Below are positions 45,375-53,556 of a stretch of DNA of 64,000 bases, one piece after another. The notes below the pieces were generated by a model. That model ran no database searches and had not been told where the DNA came from. It worked only from the letters and a program-made list of their open reading frames with translations. Source of the DNA: a virus. A program made the position numbers and the translations under genes. The stretch is from positions 18,536 to 82,535 of IMG/VR virus record IMGVR_UViG_3300021495_000001. One strand, written 5' to 3'. Position 1 is the first letter of the stretch. Each line of letters opens with the position of its first letter.

Positions 45375-45823
45375 TTAAGATTGAGGTTGCTTACCACCGT
45401 ATGAACTCTGATGGAAACTTGACAAGATGCTACCGTACAATTTGGTCTCTTTGTGGTGCAACAACAATCCATCTAGTTTCATCCAAGGCACAACTGCGGA
45501 AACGATATTTATTTTCTGCAAAGGATAAGCACTCAATTATACGATATAGAGATTTGTCTTCCTTTTTCATGGCAAATAAAGGCAAACAGACAATTATTTT
45601 TGAGGTAAATGGTAAGAAGGGATTATCTGAATTTAAGAAGGATTGTATTAAAGAAGACGTAGTTGTCCTACTTTTTGGTGGAGAGACAGATACAATCCCG
45701 CTCAGGTCATATCAAGAGTATGACAGGTACAGAGTTGAGACTACAAATAGGCTTTGTTTGATCAATGATGTTGTTACAGGGATTGCCTTATATACAGTGA
45801 TGACAAGGTTAAGGGATGGATAA
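45371..45823 (+). CDS. SPOUT (TrmH/TrmL-like) methyltransferase-like protein
   Basis: GTGA overlap with the csf3 stop (the track start at 45353 is also possible). IKIEVAYHRMNSDGNLTRCYRTIWSLCGATTIHLV resembles the TrmL N-terminus. VVLLFGGETDTIPL ... NRLCLINDVVTGIALYTV resembles the SPOUT knot motifs (LLFGxExxG ... SLNxxxAxxIxLYE). Confidence 0.4.
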   Translation: MIKIEVAYHRMNSDGNLTRCYRTIWSLCGATTIHLVSSKAQLRKRYLFSAKDKHSIIRYRDLSSFFMANKGKQTIIFEVNGKKGLSEFKKDCIKEDVVVLLFGGETDTIPLRSYQEYDRYRVETTNRLCLINDVVTGIALYTVMTRLRDG

Positions 45824-46544
45824 AAAGTGGGTAGAAACATTTAAGCTGTGGGCAAAAATGGGGAAGTATAAACAACGTATTAGGGAAGCAAGGGAAAACA
45901 TTAGGGCAGTCTTGGAAAAGGAGAAATGTATTGTCCTTTACAGTGGGGGGAAGGACAGTTCAGTGGTGCTCCATCTATGTATGCAGATTAACCGAAGAAC
46001 ACCTGTTTATTTTTTTAATGCTGGTTATGATTATGGAAGTAAGCAAATGAAAATGCCAACTAAAGTCATGGCTGAGATTATTGAGAATGCTAAATCCTAT
46101 GGTGCAAAGCACATTTATATCCGTGGGGGAAAGGGGCCTTCATCAAAACAATTCTTTGGGCATCTTGTTGAACTTAAGAGGAAATTAGGCGTGGAGGTGG
46201 AACTGCTGGGGATACGAAAAGAAGAGAGTGTAACAAGGAAAATAAGGGCAAGGCGAGATGGGCTGGTACAATGTGAAGGAGGGAGGAGAGTTTGTTTCCC
46301 AATCAAGGATTTATCTTGGATGGACGTGTGGGCGTATATAGTGTCAAATGGTATGCCTTATCTTTCCATCTATGACAAGTATGCAAAAGTTCTTGGCTGG
46401 GATAAAGCACGGTTTACAATGTTGTTTTCTAGAGGGCTAATGCACATGGGGGGCTTATATTATGTAGATGGCGTGCTGTTCCCTGAATTTCGCAATTTAA
46501 CAACAGAGCAGTCTCCTGTTTCCAGAATATTTAAAAAAGACTAG
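45816..46544 (+). CDS. cysH: CysH-like PAPS reductase-family PP-loop ATPase (type IV-B associated)
   Basis: PP-loop VLYSGGKDSSVVLHL; LLGIRKEESVTRK; WMDVWAYIVSNGMPYLSIYDK. Confidence 0.75.
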   Translation: MDKKWVETFKLWAKMGKYKQRIREARENIRAVLEKEKCIVLYSGGKDSSVVLHLCMQINRRTPVYFFNAGYDYGSKQMKMPTKVMAEIIENAKSYGAKHIYIRGGKGPSSKQFFGHLVELKRKLGVEVELLGIRKEESVTRKIRARRDGLVQCEGGRRVCFPIKDLSWMDVWAYIVSNGMPYLSIYDKYAKVLGWDKARFTMLFSRGLMHMGGLYYVDGVLFPEFRNLTTEQSPVSRIFKKD

Positions 46545-46557
46545 AAGGAGTTAAAAC

Positions 46558-47163
46558 ATGATTAAAGTTTACGCATTAAGTGGAAGCCACGGTATTGGTA
46601 AGACAATGACATTTGTCTATCTTGAAAAGCTATTGCCACCTGAAAAGTTTGCTTTTGTTGGCGAGTTTGCAGACAGCATTTTAAAACAGATGGACATTAG
46701 ACAAAATTGGAAGGAAAAAATCTTCACTAACCGCCCAGCCTACAATTACTTTGAAAACGCATTGGATTTCTGCACTATTAGTAGCTATTTGGTCCATAAA
46801 GATAAAATAATTGTGGCAGATAGAAGTATTGTTGATAATTGTGCCTATCGGTTATTAGCCAAGCTGCCATTGAATACAATCTCTTTGTTAGACTTTCATG
46901 GAGTGAACTTATATACCTTCTTTATGCGGTCTAAAAAGAGAGAAGATGCTGAAGTAACTGAAGCAGTTAGAAAAACATTGGTGCGGTTTAAATTGCCTTA
47001 TGAGGAAGTGGATATAAAAGAAGCTAAAATACCTAAAAATGCAGATGACCATGCTGTAATGAATATAATTAACCACCAAGCAAAAGAAACGGCTAGGATA
47101 ATTGCTGATAAAATTTTGGAGATGGAGAAAAGCAATGTCCCAAACCAATTTCAAAGTCGGTGA
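46558..47163 (+). CDS. P-loop nucleoside/nucleotide kinase-like NTPase
   Basis: Walker A LSGSHGIGKTM; ADRSIVDNCAY resembles the dNK-family (D/E)RS..SD..F motif. Confidence 0.45.
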   Translation: MIKVYALSGSHGIGKTMTFVYLEKLLPPEKFAFVGEFADSILKQMDIRQNWKEKIFTNRPAYNYFENALDFCTISSYLVHKDKIIVADRSIVDNCAYRLLAKLPLNTISLLDFHGVNLYTFFMRSKKREDAEVTEAVRKTLVRFKLPYEEVDIKEAKIPKNADDHAVMNIINHQAKETARIIADKILEMEKSNVPNQFQSR

Positions 47164-47335
47164 TAAAGTAAAAATTCTACCTAATTTCTATACCAAGGAA
47201 CTTAATATATGTGGAGAAGAGGCTATTGTAGTGCATGTATGCAATGATGAGCCTAGGCAGGTAAGGGTTGAAGTGCCGAATAGAGGTAAGTTTTATTTAT
47301 TGCTGAGTGAGGTGGAGAAGATAAGTGGAGCTTAA
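47135..47335 (+). CDS. Small SH3/KOW-like protein, paralog family member
   Basis: MSQTNFKVGDKVKILPNFYTKELNICGEEAIVVHV...VRVEVPNRGKFYLLLSEVEKI. Confidence 0.45.
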   Translation: MSQTNFKVGDKVKILPNFYTKELNICGEEAIVVHVCNDEPRQVRVEVPNRGKFYLLLSEVEKISGA

Positions 47336-47463
47336 AAGAATAAGTGAAAATGTATTATATGTTTATAATTGGGAAATAAAAGAAAAATATATATACTTTA
47401 AGCTGTGTAGGTTAAGAAAATATCCTTATCTTTGTTTGCCTCGTCCTGATTTCAAAATAATTA

Positions 47464-47491
47464 TTGATACGGCAAGCAGTGGAATTATATT
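47464..47491 (+). promoter_or_regulatory. Candidate sigma70-type promoter for the lysis gene
   Basis: TTGATA (47464-69), 16-bp spacer, TATATT (47486-91), in a 190-bp AT-rich gap. Confidence 0.3.
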
Positions 47492-47523
47492 CAAGTAGAG
47501 CGGGGAAACAAAAGGAGGCATTT

Positions 47524-48081
47524 ATGAAGAAGTATACTATCGTTATTGACCCTGGCCATGGTGGTAAAGACTCAGGGGCGGTTTATGCAGAATATAAAGA
47601 GAAAGACATAGTTTTGCCTATTGCATTATATTTAGGTGGGTTTTTATCTTATACTCCTCATGAAGTTAATCTGAAAATAAATTGTGTCTATACCAGAACA
47701 GCTGATGTGTATGTGCCACTAAGAGATAGGGTTTTCATTGCAAATAGCATAAAAGCAGATGCCTTTGTTAGCATTCATGTTAATGCCTCTCCTAAACATA
47801 ATGCTAGAGGAGAGGAAATTTGGATTTACCCTGGTTCAATTAAAAGTGCTAAGCTAGCAGACAGTATTGCTACATTTATTGATGAAATCGTCCCTGGCAA
47901 ATTCAGAGGTATTAAAGAAGGGAATTTTTATGTGTTAAGAAAAACTAAAATGCCTGCTGTTTTAATTGAAGTTGGTTTCATAGATAATCCTATTACACCA
48001 TTGCATTCCTATCATACTCAAATTAGGGCGGCTTTTGTTATTGCTGCTGGGATTAAAAAGTATTTGTTGAGTATTGAATAA
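47524..48081 (+). CDS. N-acetylmuramoyl-L-alanine amidase (Amidase_3) endolysin
   Basis: VIDPGHGGKDSGA, SIHVNA, VLIEVGFIDN. ATG at 47524 after AAAGGAGG. Confidence 0.85.
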   Translation: MKKYTIVIDPGHGGKDSGAVYAEYKEKDIVLPIALYLGGFLSYTPHEVNLKINCVYTRTADVYVPLRDRVFIANSIKADAFVSIHVNASPKHNARGEEIWIYPGSIKSAKLADSIATFIDEIVPGKFRGIKEGNFYVLRKTKMPAVLIEVGFIDNPITPLHSYHTQIRAAFVIAAGIKKYLLSIE

Positions 48082-48094
48082 GAAGGAGATAAAA

Positions 48095-48301
48095 GTGAAA
48101 GAAAAACTTTGTAGTCTTAATTGGCAGTGTCCTAAGTGTGGTAAAAAATATGCATTTGTTCATTGGCCAGAAGGGGATGAATTTACAATGACTTTCTCTT
48201 GCCCAAAAGAAAAGGATGTTTCCAAAAATTCAATTACTTTTGATTGCGAATGCGGTTGGAAATTTAGAGTTTGGATGGAAAAGGAGGAAGTAGAATATTA
48301 A
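48095..48301 (+). CDS. Zinc-ribbon small protein
   Basis: GTG after AAGGAG; CPKCGKKY ... CECGW. Confidence 0.4.
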   Translation: MKEKLCSLNWQCPKCGKKYAFVHWPEGDEFTMTFSCPKEKDVSKNSITFDCECGWKFRVWMEKEEVEY

Positions 48302-48419
48302 AACTTGCACGAGATTGCTCTGTATCGCATTTTCTCGCTCTTATCCATATCAAACACATCCTATTTCAATTCAAACCTGCCTCAGAAGTCAAATATGTGG
48401 CAGTTCATGACTATAGAAA

Positions 48420-48914
48420 TTAAACTTTACCTTTTTTGATTAACTTCCCACCACAAGCCTGAATAATCTGTATAAAATTTTCAGGACTAACCTTCCACGG
48501 TTTAATATGCGACCAATCAAATACTTTTACAAGTGGGGTAATGCAACCTTCACTGCAAAAATATTGTCCTATTTTCTCTTTTTTCCATTTCGTAAATAAT
48601 CCAAATCCAGCTACATAATCAAACTTGGCTTTTTTCTCTACAAGCCCTAGAAAGAAATTATGTATAACACAGGCTTGACCATGCGAAACTTCTAATCCCC
48701 ATATTTCATACTCATCACCTTTTTTGTATCCTTTGAAAAGGGGTCTAATATTCCATCTGACATTCAACAACTCATACCAATGTTCAGGCCAGCATTCTAT
48801 TGTATGGTTATCATCGCAAATATAGGCAATATGGCTGTAATCTGATTGAGTTTCCCACTTAATTACCTTAGCTAGCCAGTCAGTGCCTTTATAGGCAAGA
48901 AATTTAATTAACAT
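48420..48914 (-). CDS. Permuted papain-like (YiiX/NlpC-P60-related) peptidase-like protein
   Basis: His-before-Cys arrangement: DYSHIAYI ... QYFCSEGC. Confidence 0.4.
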   Translation of the reverse strand: MLIKFLAYKGTDWLAKVIKWETQSDYSHIAYICDDNHTIECWPEHWYELLNVRWNIRPLFKGYKKGDEYEIWGLEVSHGQACVIHNFFLGLVEKKAKFDYVAGFGLFTKWKKEKIGQYFCSEGCITPLVKVFDWSHIKPWKVSPENFIQIIQACGGKLIKKGKV

Positions 48915-48916
48915 TT

Positions 48917-49201
48917 TTATTCCGCCAACTCATAAGTTTTTTCAAATATACGAGGATTACATCGGTAAATTTCGCCTTCAACACCTTTAATTATATAATC
49001 TCCTATCCTAGGTTTTTCCACTCCTTCAAGTGTAAATATTTTAAGCCCTTTCTTTTTTACTACTTCCTCAAACTCTTCCCAAGTCCACTTCCTTGCTGAT
49101 GGGTGGAGCCCTGTAAAGTCAATAACTTCCCTTAAATTATCTCCAGTCCATTGTATTGCCTCTACTATGACTGGTTTCTTTCTATACTTTCTGACTGGCA
49201 T
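48917..49201 (-). CDS. Hypothetical protein
   Basis: Collinear ORF. Confidence 0.4.
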   Translation of the reverse strand: MPVRKYRKKPVIVEAIQWTGDNLREVIDFTGLHPSARKWTWEEFEEVVKKKGLKIFTLEGVEKPRIGDYIIKGVEGEIYRCNPRIFEKTYELAE

Positions 49202-49709
49202 AATGCTCTCCTATTTTGTTTTTATTTTTAAGCTTATTTGTTGCTGCTTTATTCCTGAGATACTTAATCCCTTTTTTTGCAGAAGAAAAGACAGGCGACA
49301 ATCTACCTTGTTTTATATCTTCTGATGCTTCCTTTTCTGCTTCCTGCCATTCTATTGAAGTAAATATTGATTGTCCATTTATAAATTCAGAAAGGTCTAC
49401 ATTCGCATCTTCTATTTTTGGTAAAATTCCTTTTTGTGAACAAATATTCTCAATTTTTTCAAATACTTCTTCTGCATCATCTATGTTTATAAGATAGAAT
49501 TTCTCTCCCTTACTTCTTAATTTTGACTGCATAATATCTAAGTATTTCTTTATTAGCTTAACAATCTCAAGACACTCTTCATCTTTTTCCTCAATCTTAT
49601 CCAGTTTTCTTTGAGCTAAAAATACATATTCAAGTGCACCAAGTATCAAAGTTTTATTTAATGATGGAGGATGACTATCAACCTTCTCTTTAAACTCCTC
49701 CCATGTCAT
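49182..49709 (-). CDS. Hypothetical protein
   Basis: Collinear ORF. Confidence 0.4.
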   Translation of the reverse strand: MTWEEFKEKVDSHPPSLNKTLILGALEYVFLAQRKLDKIEEKDEECLEIVKLIKKYLDIMQSKLRSKGEKFYLINIDDAEEVFEKIENICSQKGILPKIEDANVDLSEFINGQSIFTSIEWQEAEKEASEDIKQGRLSPVFSSAKKGIKYLRNKAATNKLKNKNKIGEHYASQKV

Positions 49710-50083
49710 TATAAAACTCCTATAAACTTAATCATATAAGGCACTACCCGTTCTATTATATCTTTACTTACCAAAGAACCAAACCTTTGCCATAAGCCTA
49801 ATAACTTACCTTTTTCACACTCTGTCAATTCCTCTGCCGTTTTACCTTTCACTGTTTGCTCAATCTCATCCAGTATATTCAGAGCTTCAGCAGGTAGCTT
49901 ATTTATATCATTACCTAATGCGGCCTGCCAATAGCAAGCGGAAAACTCACTATGCGAGCAAAGGACAATAGCTAACTCATCAGCTTGCTTCATAAAGTCA
50001 TTATAGTTCTTGGTTAGCTTACCTATATGTCCAGCACAACCTAAAAAGATAAAGCAGAAAAAAATAATGGGTAATTTTTTCAT
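49709..50083 (-). CDS. Lipoprotein
   Basis: MKKLPIIFFCFIFLGCAG: signal peptide with an LGC lipobox. Confidence 0.65.
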   Translation of the reverse strand: MKKLPIIFFCFIFLGCAGHIGKLTKNYNDFMKQADELAIVLCSHSEFSACYWQAALGNDINKLPAEALNILDEIEQTVKGKTAEELTECEKGKLLGLWQRFGSLVSKDIIERVVPYMIKFIGVL

Positions 50084-50085
50084 TG

Positions 50086-50253
50086 TTACCTCCCAACTAA
50101 ATTTTCAAATTTCTTAATCAACTTAAGTAATTGTTCTATGCATCTTTGGCATTCTTCTGGGTCTTCTGTTTCAGGGCATCTAGTTCTAGCCTCCAATGTC
50201 CATTGCTTAATTAAAGTAACAAGTCTTCTTGCCTCTACTTCTTGTTTATTCAT
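50086..50253 (-). CDS. Small hypothetical protein (55 aa)
   Basis: MNKQEVEARRLVTLIKQWTLEARTRCPETEDPEECQRC; ATGA overlap with the upstream stop. Confidence 0.3.
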   Translation of the reverse strand: MNKQEVEARRLVTLIKQWTLEARTRCPETEDPEECQRCIEQLLKLIKKFENLVGR

Positions 50254-50906
50254 AATGTCTTAACTTCTACTTTACCTCTTTCAATCTCTATCCAACTTCT
50301 ACTGTCTAACCAGTCTCCACAATCAGCCAATTTCTGGCCTGTTTCCAAAGTATGAACAGACGGATAATGAGTATGCCCTATAACTAATATTCTACACCAA
50401 CGAGCTTTCTCTAAGAAAGAAAAGGCCTCAGCATATATCTGCCCTATTTTCTCTTTCCATTTTTCTCTATCTCTTAACTTCCATTCACTGGGTGGATTGA
50501 AAAACCAAGGTGCAAACTTTGATAATAACCGCCAATTCCAATGCTTGCAAAGAGGGTCAAACTGATAGCCATGCACAAAGCCCATCCTGCCCATGCGGTA
50601 GAATGGAAATGTGATGACTTCCATGTCTAATAACTTAGGAAGTTTCTCATCTAACTCCTCATCATGATTACCTACTATAAAAATTGCCTCAGTCTTCTTT
50701 ACAATTTTCTTAACTGCCTTTATTAATTCTTGCCCCATATAACAATTCTTAATTTCCTTTACAGAACATTTTAATAGGTCAAAAGTATCCCCATTAAAAA
50801 TTACCTTATCAGCTTTACAGGCGTAATCGGCAAAGGGTATGAAGTATTGGCTGGTGTAAGGGATGTGAAGGTCACTAATACAAATTATCTTCTTATTTGT
50901 TATCAT
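50250..50906 (-). CDS. Calcineurin-like metallophosphoesterase (LpxH-like)
   Basis: ICISDLHI, FNGDTFD, VGNHD, VIGHTH. Confidence 0.7.
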   Translation of the reverse strand: MITNKKIICISDLHIPYTSQYFIPFADYACKADKVIFNGDTFDLLKCSVKEIKNCYMGQELIKAVKKIVKKTEAIFIVGNHDEELDEKLPKLLDMEVITFPFYRMGRMGFVHGYQFDPLCKHWNWRLLSKFAPWFFNPPSEWKLRDREKWKEKIGQIYAEAFSFLEKARWCRILVIGHTHYPSVHTLETGQKLADCGDWLDSRSWIEIERGKVEVKTL

Positions 50907-50907
50907 T

Positions 50908-51225
50908 TCACTGAATGGTTATTTTTTCATCCACCATTTCAGCACTCATACTTGCCTCTTTCTCTGCATCAGTCATAGGGATATTTTCTAAAAGAAATGC
51001 TATATCTTCCACTGTTAGATATAAAGCAAACCAACCACCAAAGGTGATAAAGGCTACATCCTTAATTTTTGCTTCTACTGATTTGAGCACGTTATAGAAT
51101 ACCAGTTTTTCATTCTTCCCCTTGATGTAAAATGTGAAATGTCCCTTTCCGCATGTAAGAGCATAATTATCATCTTCAGCTTGTCTTATCCTCCAGTTCT
51201 CATTTTCTGCTATTACTTTGCTCAT
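50908..51225 (-). CDS. Hypothetical protein
   Basis: Collinear ORF. Confidence 0.4.
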   Translation of the reverse strand: MSKVIAENENWRIRQAEDDNYALTCGKGHFTFYIKGKNEKLVFYNVLKSVEAKIKDVAFITFGGWFALYLTVEDIAFLLENIPMTDAEKEASMSAEMVDEKITIQ

Positions 51226-52235
51226 TTGTCTTCTCCTTTATTTACCAATCTCCAACCACTACCGCTCCACCCTCCCTTTATTACTTTTTCATTTTTTACC
51301 AGTATTACATCATCAAATAAAGCTTGAAAGTTTTTGTAACCAACTTGAATGGTAGCAGATGGGTCTGTTACAACCGTTTTGTAATTACACCAAAACGAGC
51401 ATCCAATTACCTCATCCTTCTCTTTTACTTTCTTTATTGGAATGGCAAAACTATATCCTTCTTTTACCATATACTCTGCTTTACATATCACCCCTACTTG
51501 CTCACTCCCAGCAAACAGTAAACCAATAAATGGCAAATCCTCATCAAATGAACCATCAGCAATTTCTCTTACATGCTTTACTAATGGTTTATAAACAGCA
51601 AAATCAATATGATTTACATTATCTCTGGATAAACTAAGCCTAGTTGAACTACCAAGTAACTTAGCTAAGAAATTAAGGACTTTTATAACAAAATTACCAA
51701 TTGGGCATCCTATATCCATTGGAATGATTTGTTTATGCCAATAGTATTCACCTACTATATTGTCTGGATTTTGTTCCCCGTGATAAGCTCCAGGTTGTAA
51801 GATCCGCTTTTCTTTGATTTGCTCAGGGCTTAGACTAGCATCAGGCGTTAATACGTGAGCATTAGAAGCCACTAAAATTTTATTTTCGCCATGAGAAGGC
51901 TCTGCTTTATAGACAGGGAATATCCCTAAACTACCAGCGGAAATGAGCCAGTTCCCTACACTAAGCCCTATACTAACAGGACGAGTTTTAGTTGTTTTAT
52001 CTACTTTTAGTGCATTCACCTCGCCAATTTCAACAACATCCAATCTTGTTTCATTGTAATATCTTGGAATTAAATCCTTTTTACTTACATAATCTAAAGG
52101 CAGTTTCCTTTTCACATACACTCTAATACCTCGTTGCTCTGTTTCCTTGTCTTTTTCTATAACTGGTAAGAGTGTATTGGAGTGTCCTATATATCCTCTC
52201 TTTTCTTTGAGCTGTTTGTGTAATGTTTTAATCAT
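51222..52235 (-). CDS. Trypsin-like (S1-type) serine peptidase-like protein
   Basis: Ordered candidate triad: ILVASNAHVL (His), HIDFAVYKP (Asp), KGGWSGSGW (Ser). Confidence 0.45.
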   Translation of the reverse strand: MIKTLHKQLKEKRGYIGHSNTLLPVIEKDKETEQRGIRVYVKRKLPLDYVSKKDLIPRYYNETRLDVVEIGEVNALKVDKTTKTRPVSIGLSVGNWLISAGSLGIFPVYKAEPSHGENKILVASNAHVLTPDASLSPEQIKEKRILQPGAYHGEQNPDNIVGEYYWHKQIIPMDIGCPIGNFVIKVLNFLAKLLGSSTRLSLSRDNVNHIDFAVYKPLVKHVREIADGSFDEDLPFIGLLFAGSEQVGVICKAEYMVKEGYSFAIPIKKVKEKDEVIGCSFWCNYKTVVTDPSATIQVGYKNFQALFDDVILVKNEKVIKGGWSGSGWRLVNKGEDK

Positions 52236-52253
52236 AACTATCCTCCTACTCTT

Positions 52254-52556
52254 CTACTTATCCCCCACACGGCAGAGGATAAAACTAAACCACTTCTTTC
52301 CATATATATACATCTCCCCCCTATATGCATTCCCTGTTCCTTTCATTGGCTGAAGCAGGTCATAGAAAGGGAAATATTTATAATCAAACTTAATTCTCCC
52401 TTTCTCTTGCTTGATGACAAAATCACCAAAAGGAACTACTACATCACAGGGATAATAATTCTTTCCCTTTCCATCTTTAACCTCCTTTGTTAAAACATGC
52501 TGTTCACCAATGAAAACGGCATAAAGCCCATCATTAATCATCACCCACCCCCTCAA
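52254..52556 (-). CDS. Hypothetical protein
   Basis: Collinear ORF. Confidence 0.4.
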   Translation of the reverse strand: MRGWVMINDGLYAVFIGEQHVLTKEVKDGKGKNYYPCDVVVPFGDFVIKQEKGRIKFDYKYFPFYDLLQPMKGTGNAYRGEMYIYGKKWFSFILCRVGDK

Positions 52557-52950
52557 TCTCTAAGAATGGTGTCAAACAAGACATCTCTGCTGGAGTTATC
52601 TCTACCTTTATCTTTTGCAAATCCTTTAGTTTGACTTTTACTACATCCAGCTCCATCTCTATCTCTTGCTCTTGTAGCTCCCTAAGCTCTTCAATAAACT
52701 TAGATATATTTTCAATTTGATAATTACCTTGGGCATCTACTTTAAATTTGCCTTTTTTATCTTTCACGCTGTATTTCTCTGCCAGCTTTCGCTTCATAGT
52801 AAAGTATGGCTCAGCCTCTTTCCCCATTTTGTCAAAGTTACGGGTAATCCAAAAAGAGAGAACCATAGGTAACTGTTTTTGCTGGAGTTTTTGTGCCTCA
52901 ACAGCGAACTTCTCAAAAAACACATTCTTTACTCTTACTTTCTTTTTCAT
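52534..52950 (-). CDS. Hypothetical protein
   Basis: Collinear ORF. Confidence 0.4.
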   Translation of the reverse strand: MKKKVRVKNVFFEKFAVEAQKLQQKQLPMVLSFWITRNFDKMGKEAEPYFTMKRKLAEKYSVKDKKGKFKVDAQGNYQIENISKFIEELRELQEQEIEMELDVVKVKLKDLQKIKVEITPAEMSCLTPFLEIEGVGDD

Positions 52951-52966
52951 CTATATTACCCCTCCT

Positions 52967-53551
52967 TTAATTGCTCTCCCTTGCACAATTGTCCAATATG
53001 TTTAAGCCCTCTTCAACTCTGTAATATTTTTGCATTGTTGGGCAACTATAAAATGGCCTTTTAAAATAACCTTGGTTAGTTCTATATAACATTGAAGTTA
53101 TAGTTACCTTATGCTCATCTAACCAAAAAAATATCATCATACAGTTTTCATTCACAATTTTCAGACGAAGCCAATCAGCCTCATTTAGCCTAACATTAAC
53201 AACAGGCCAATGGGTTAAATCCATGTCATCAAAATACACAGTAGCTGGGCAGGAAGAGGTCTCATAAAAATAATCTCCATGCGTATCCACATTATCCCCC
53301 TCAATTCTATACTCATATCTATCCTCTTTCACATCAAACTTCAAGAACCCATTTGTAGTTCCAATACAAGTAGGAATTGCTCGGCTGTTTGTTTGCAGCC
53401 GCATCTCATAGTAACTCCATACTCCTTGAATATCAAAACCCCTTTTAAACAAAGGGTCATTTCTGAAAGTAAAATGATGTGGGATGGTAATAATCCCTAC
53501 CATAAAAACCCCTAATAACAATAAACTCCCTTCAGTCAATCTCTTATTCAT
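52967..53551 (-). CDS. Membrane-anchored hypothetical protein
   Basis: N-terminal helix LLLLGVFMVGIITIP. First gene after motif copy 5. Confidence 0.45.
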   Translation of the reverse strand: MNKRLTEGSLLLLGVFMVGIITIPHHFTFRNDPLFKRGFDIQGVWSYYEMRLQTNSRAIPTCIGTTNGFLKFDVKEDRYEYRIEGDNVDTHGDYFYETSSCPATVYFDDMDLTHWPVVNVRLNEADWLRLKIVNENCMMIFFWLDEHKVTITSMLYRTNQGYFKRPFYSCPTMQKYYRVEEGLNILDNCARESN

Positions 53552-53556
53552 TACTT

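Noticed and set aside
45816-46544. The cysH-like gene as a sulfur-metabolism auxiliary gene functionally linked to the sulfotransferase at 3901-4560 (a PAPS user)
   Set aside because: The two genes are about 41 kb apart, on opposite strands and in different modules. The cysH-like gene is contiguous with the csf genes (its start overlaps the preceding SPOUT-like ORF, which in turn overlaps the csf3 stop), matching the known type IV-B association. I kept this only as an alternative to test.
42085-47523. Search for a CRISPR array, cas6, dinG or cas1/cas2 near the csf genes
   Set aside because: Genes are tightly packed with overlapping stops and starts. The only gap (47336-47523) is AT-rich promoter-like sequence without direct repeats. 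By visual inspection I found no 24-40-bp repeat-spacer pattern anywhere in the window; this was not an exhaustive computational scan.
48302-48419. Possible bidirectional intrinsic terminator at the convergent junction
   Set aside because: Only weak hairpins are present (CGAGA...TCTCG with an imperfect inner stem; CTGCC-17 nt-GGCAG), and no flanking T/A runs. This is not convincing.
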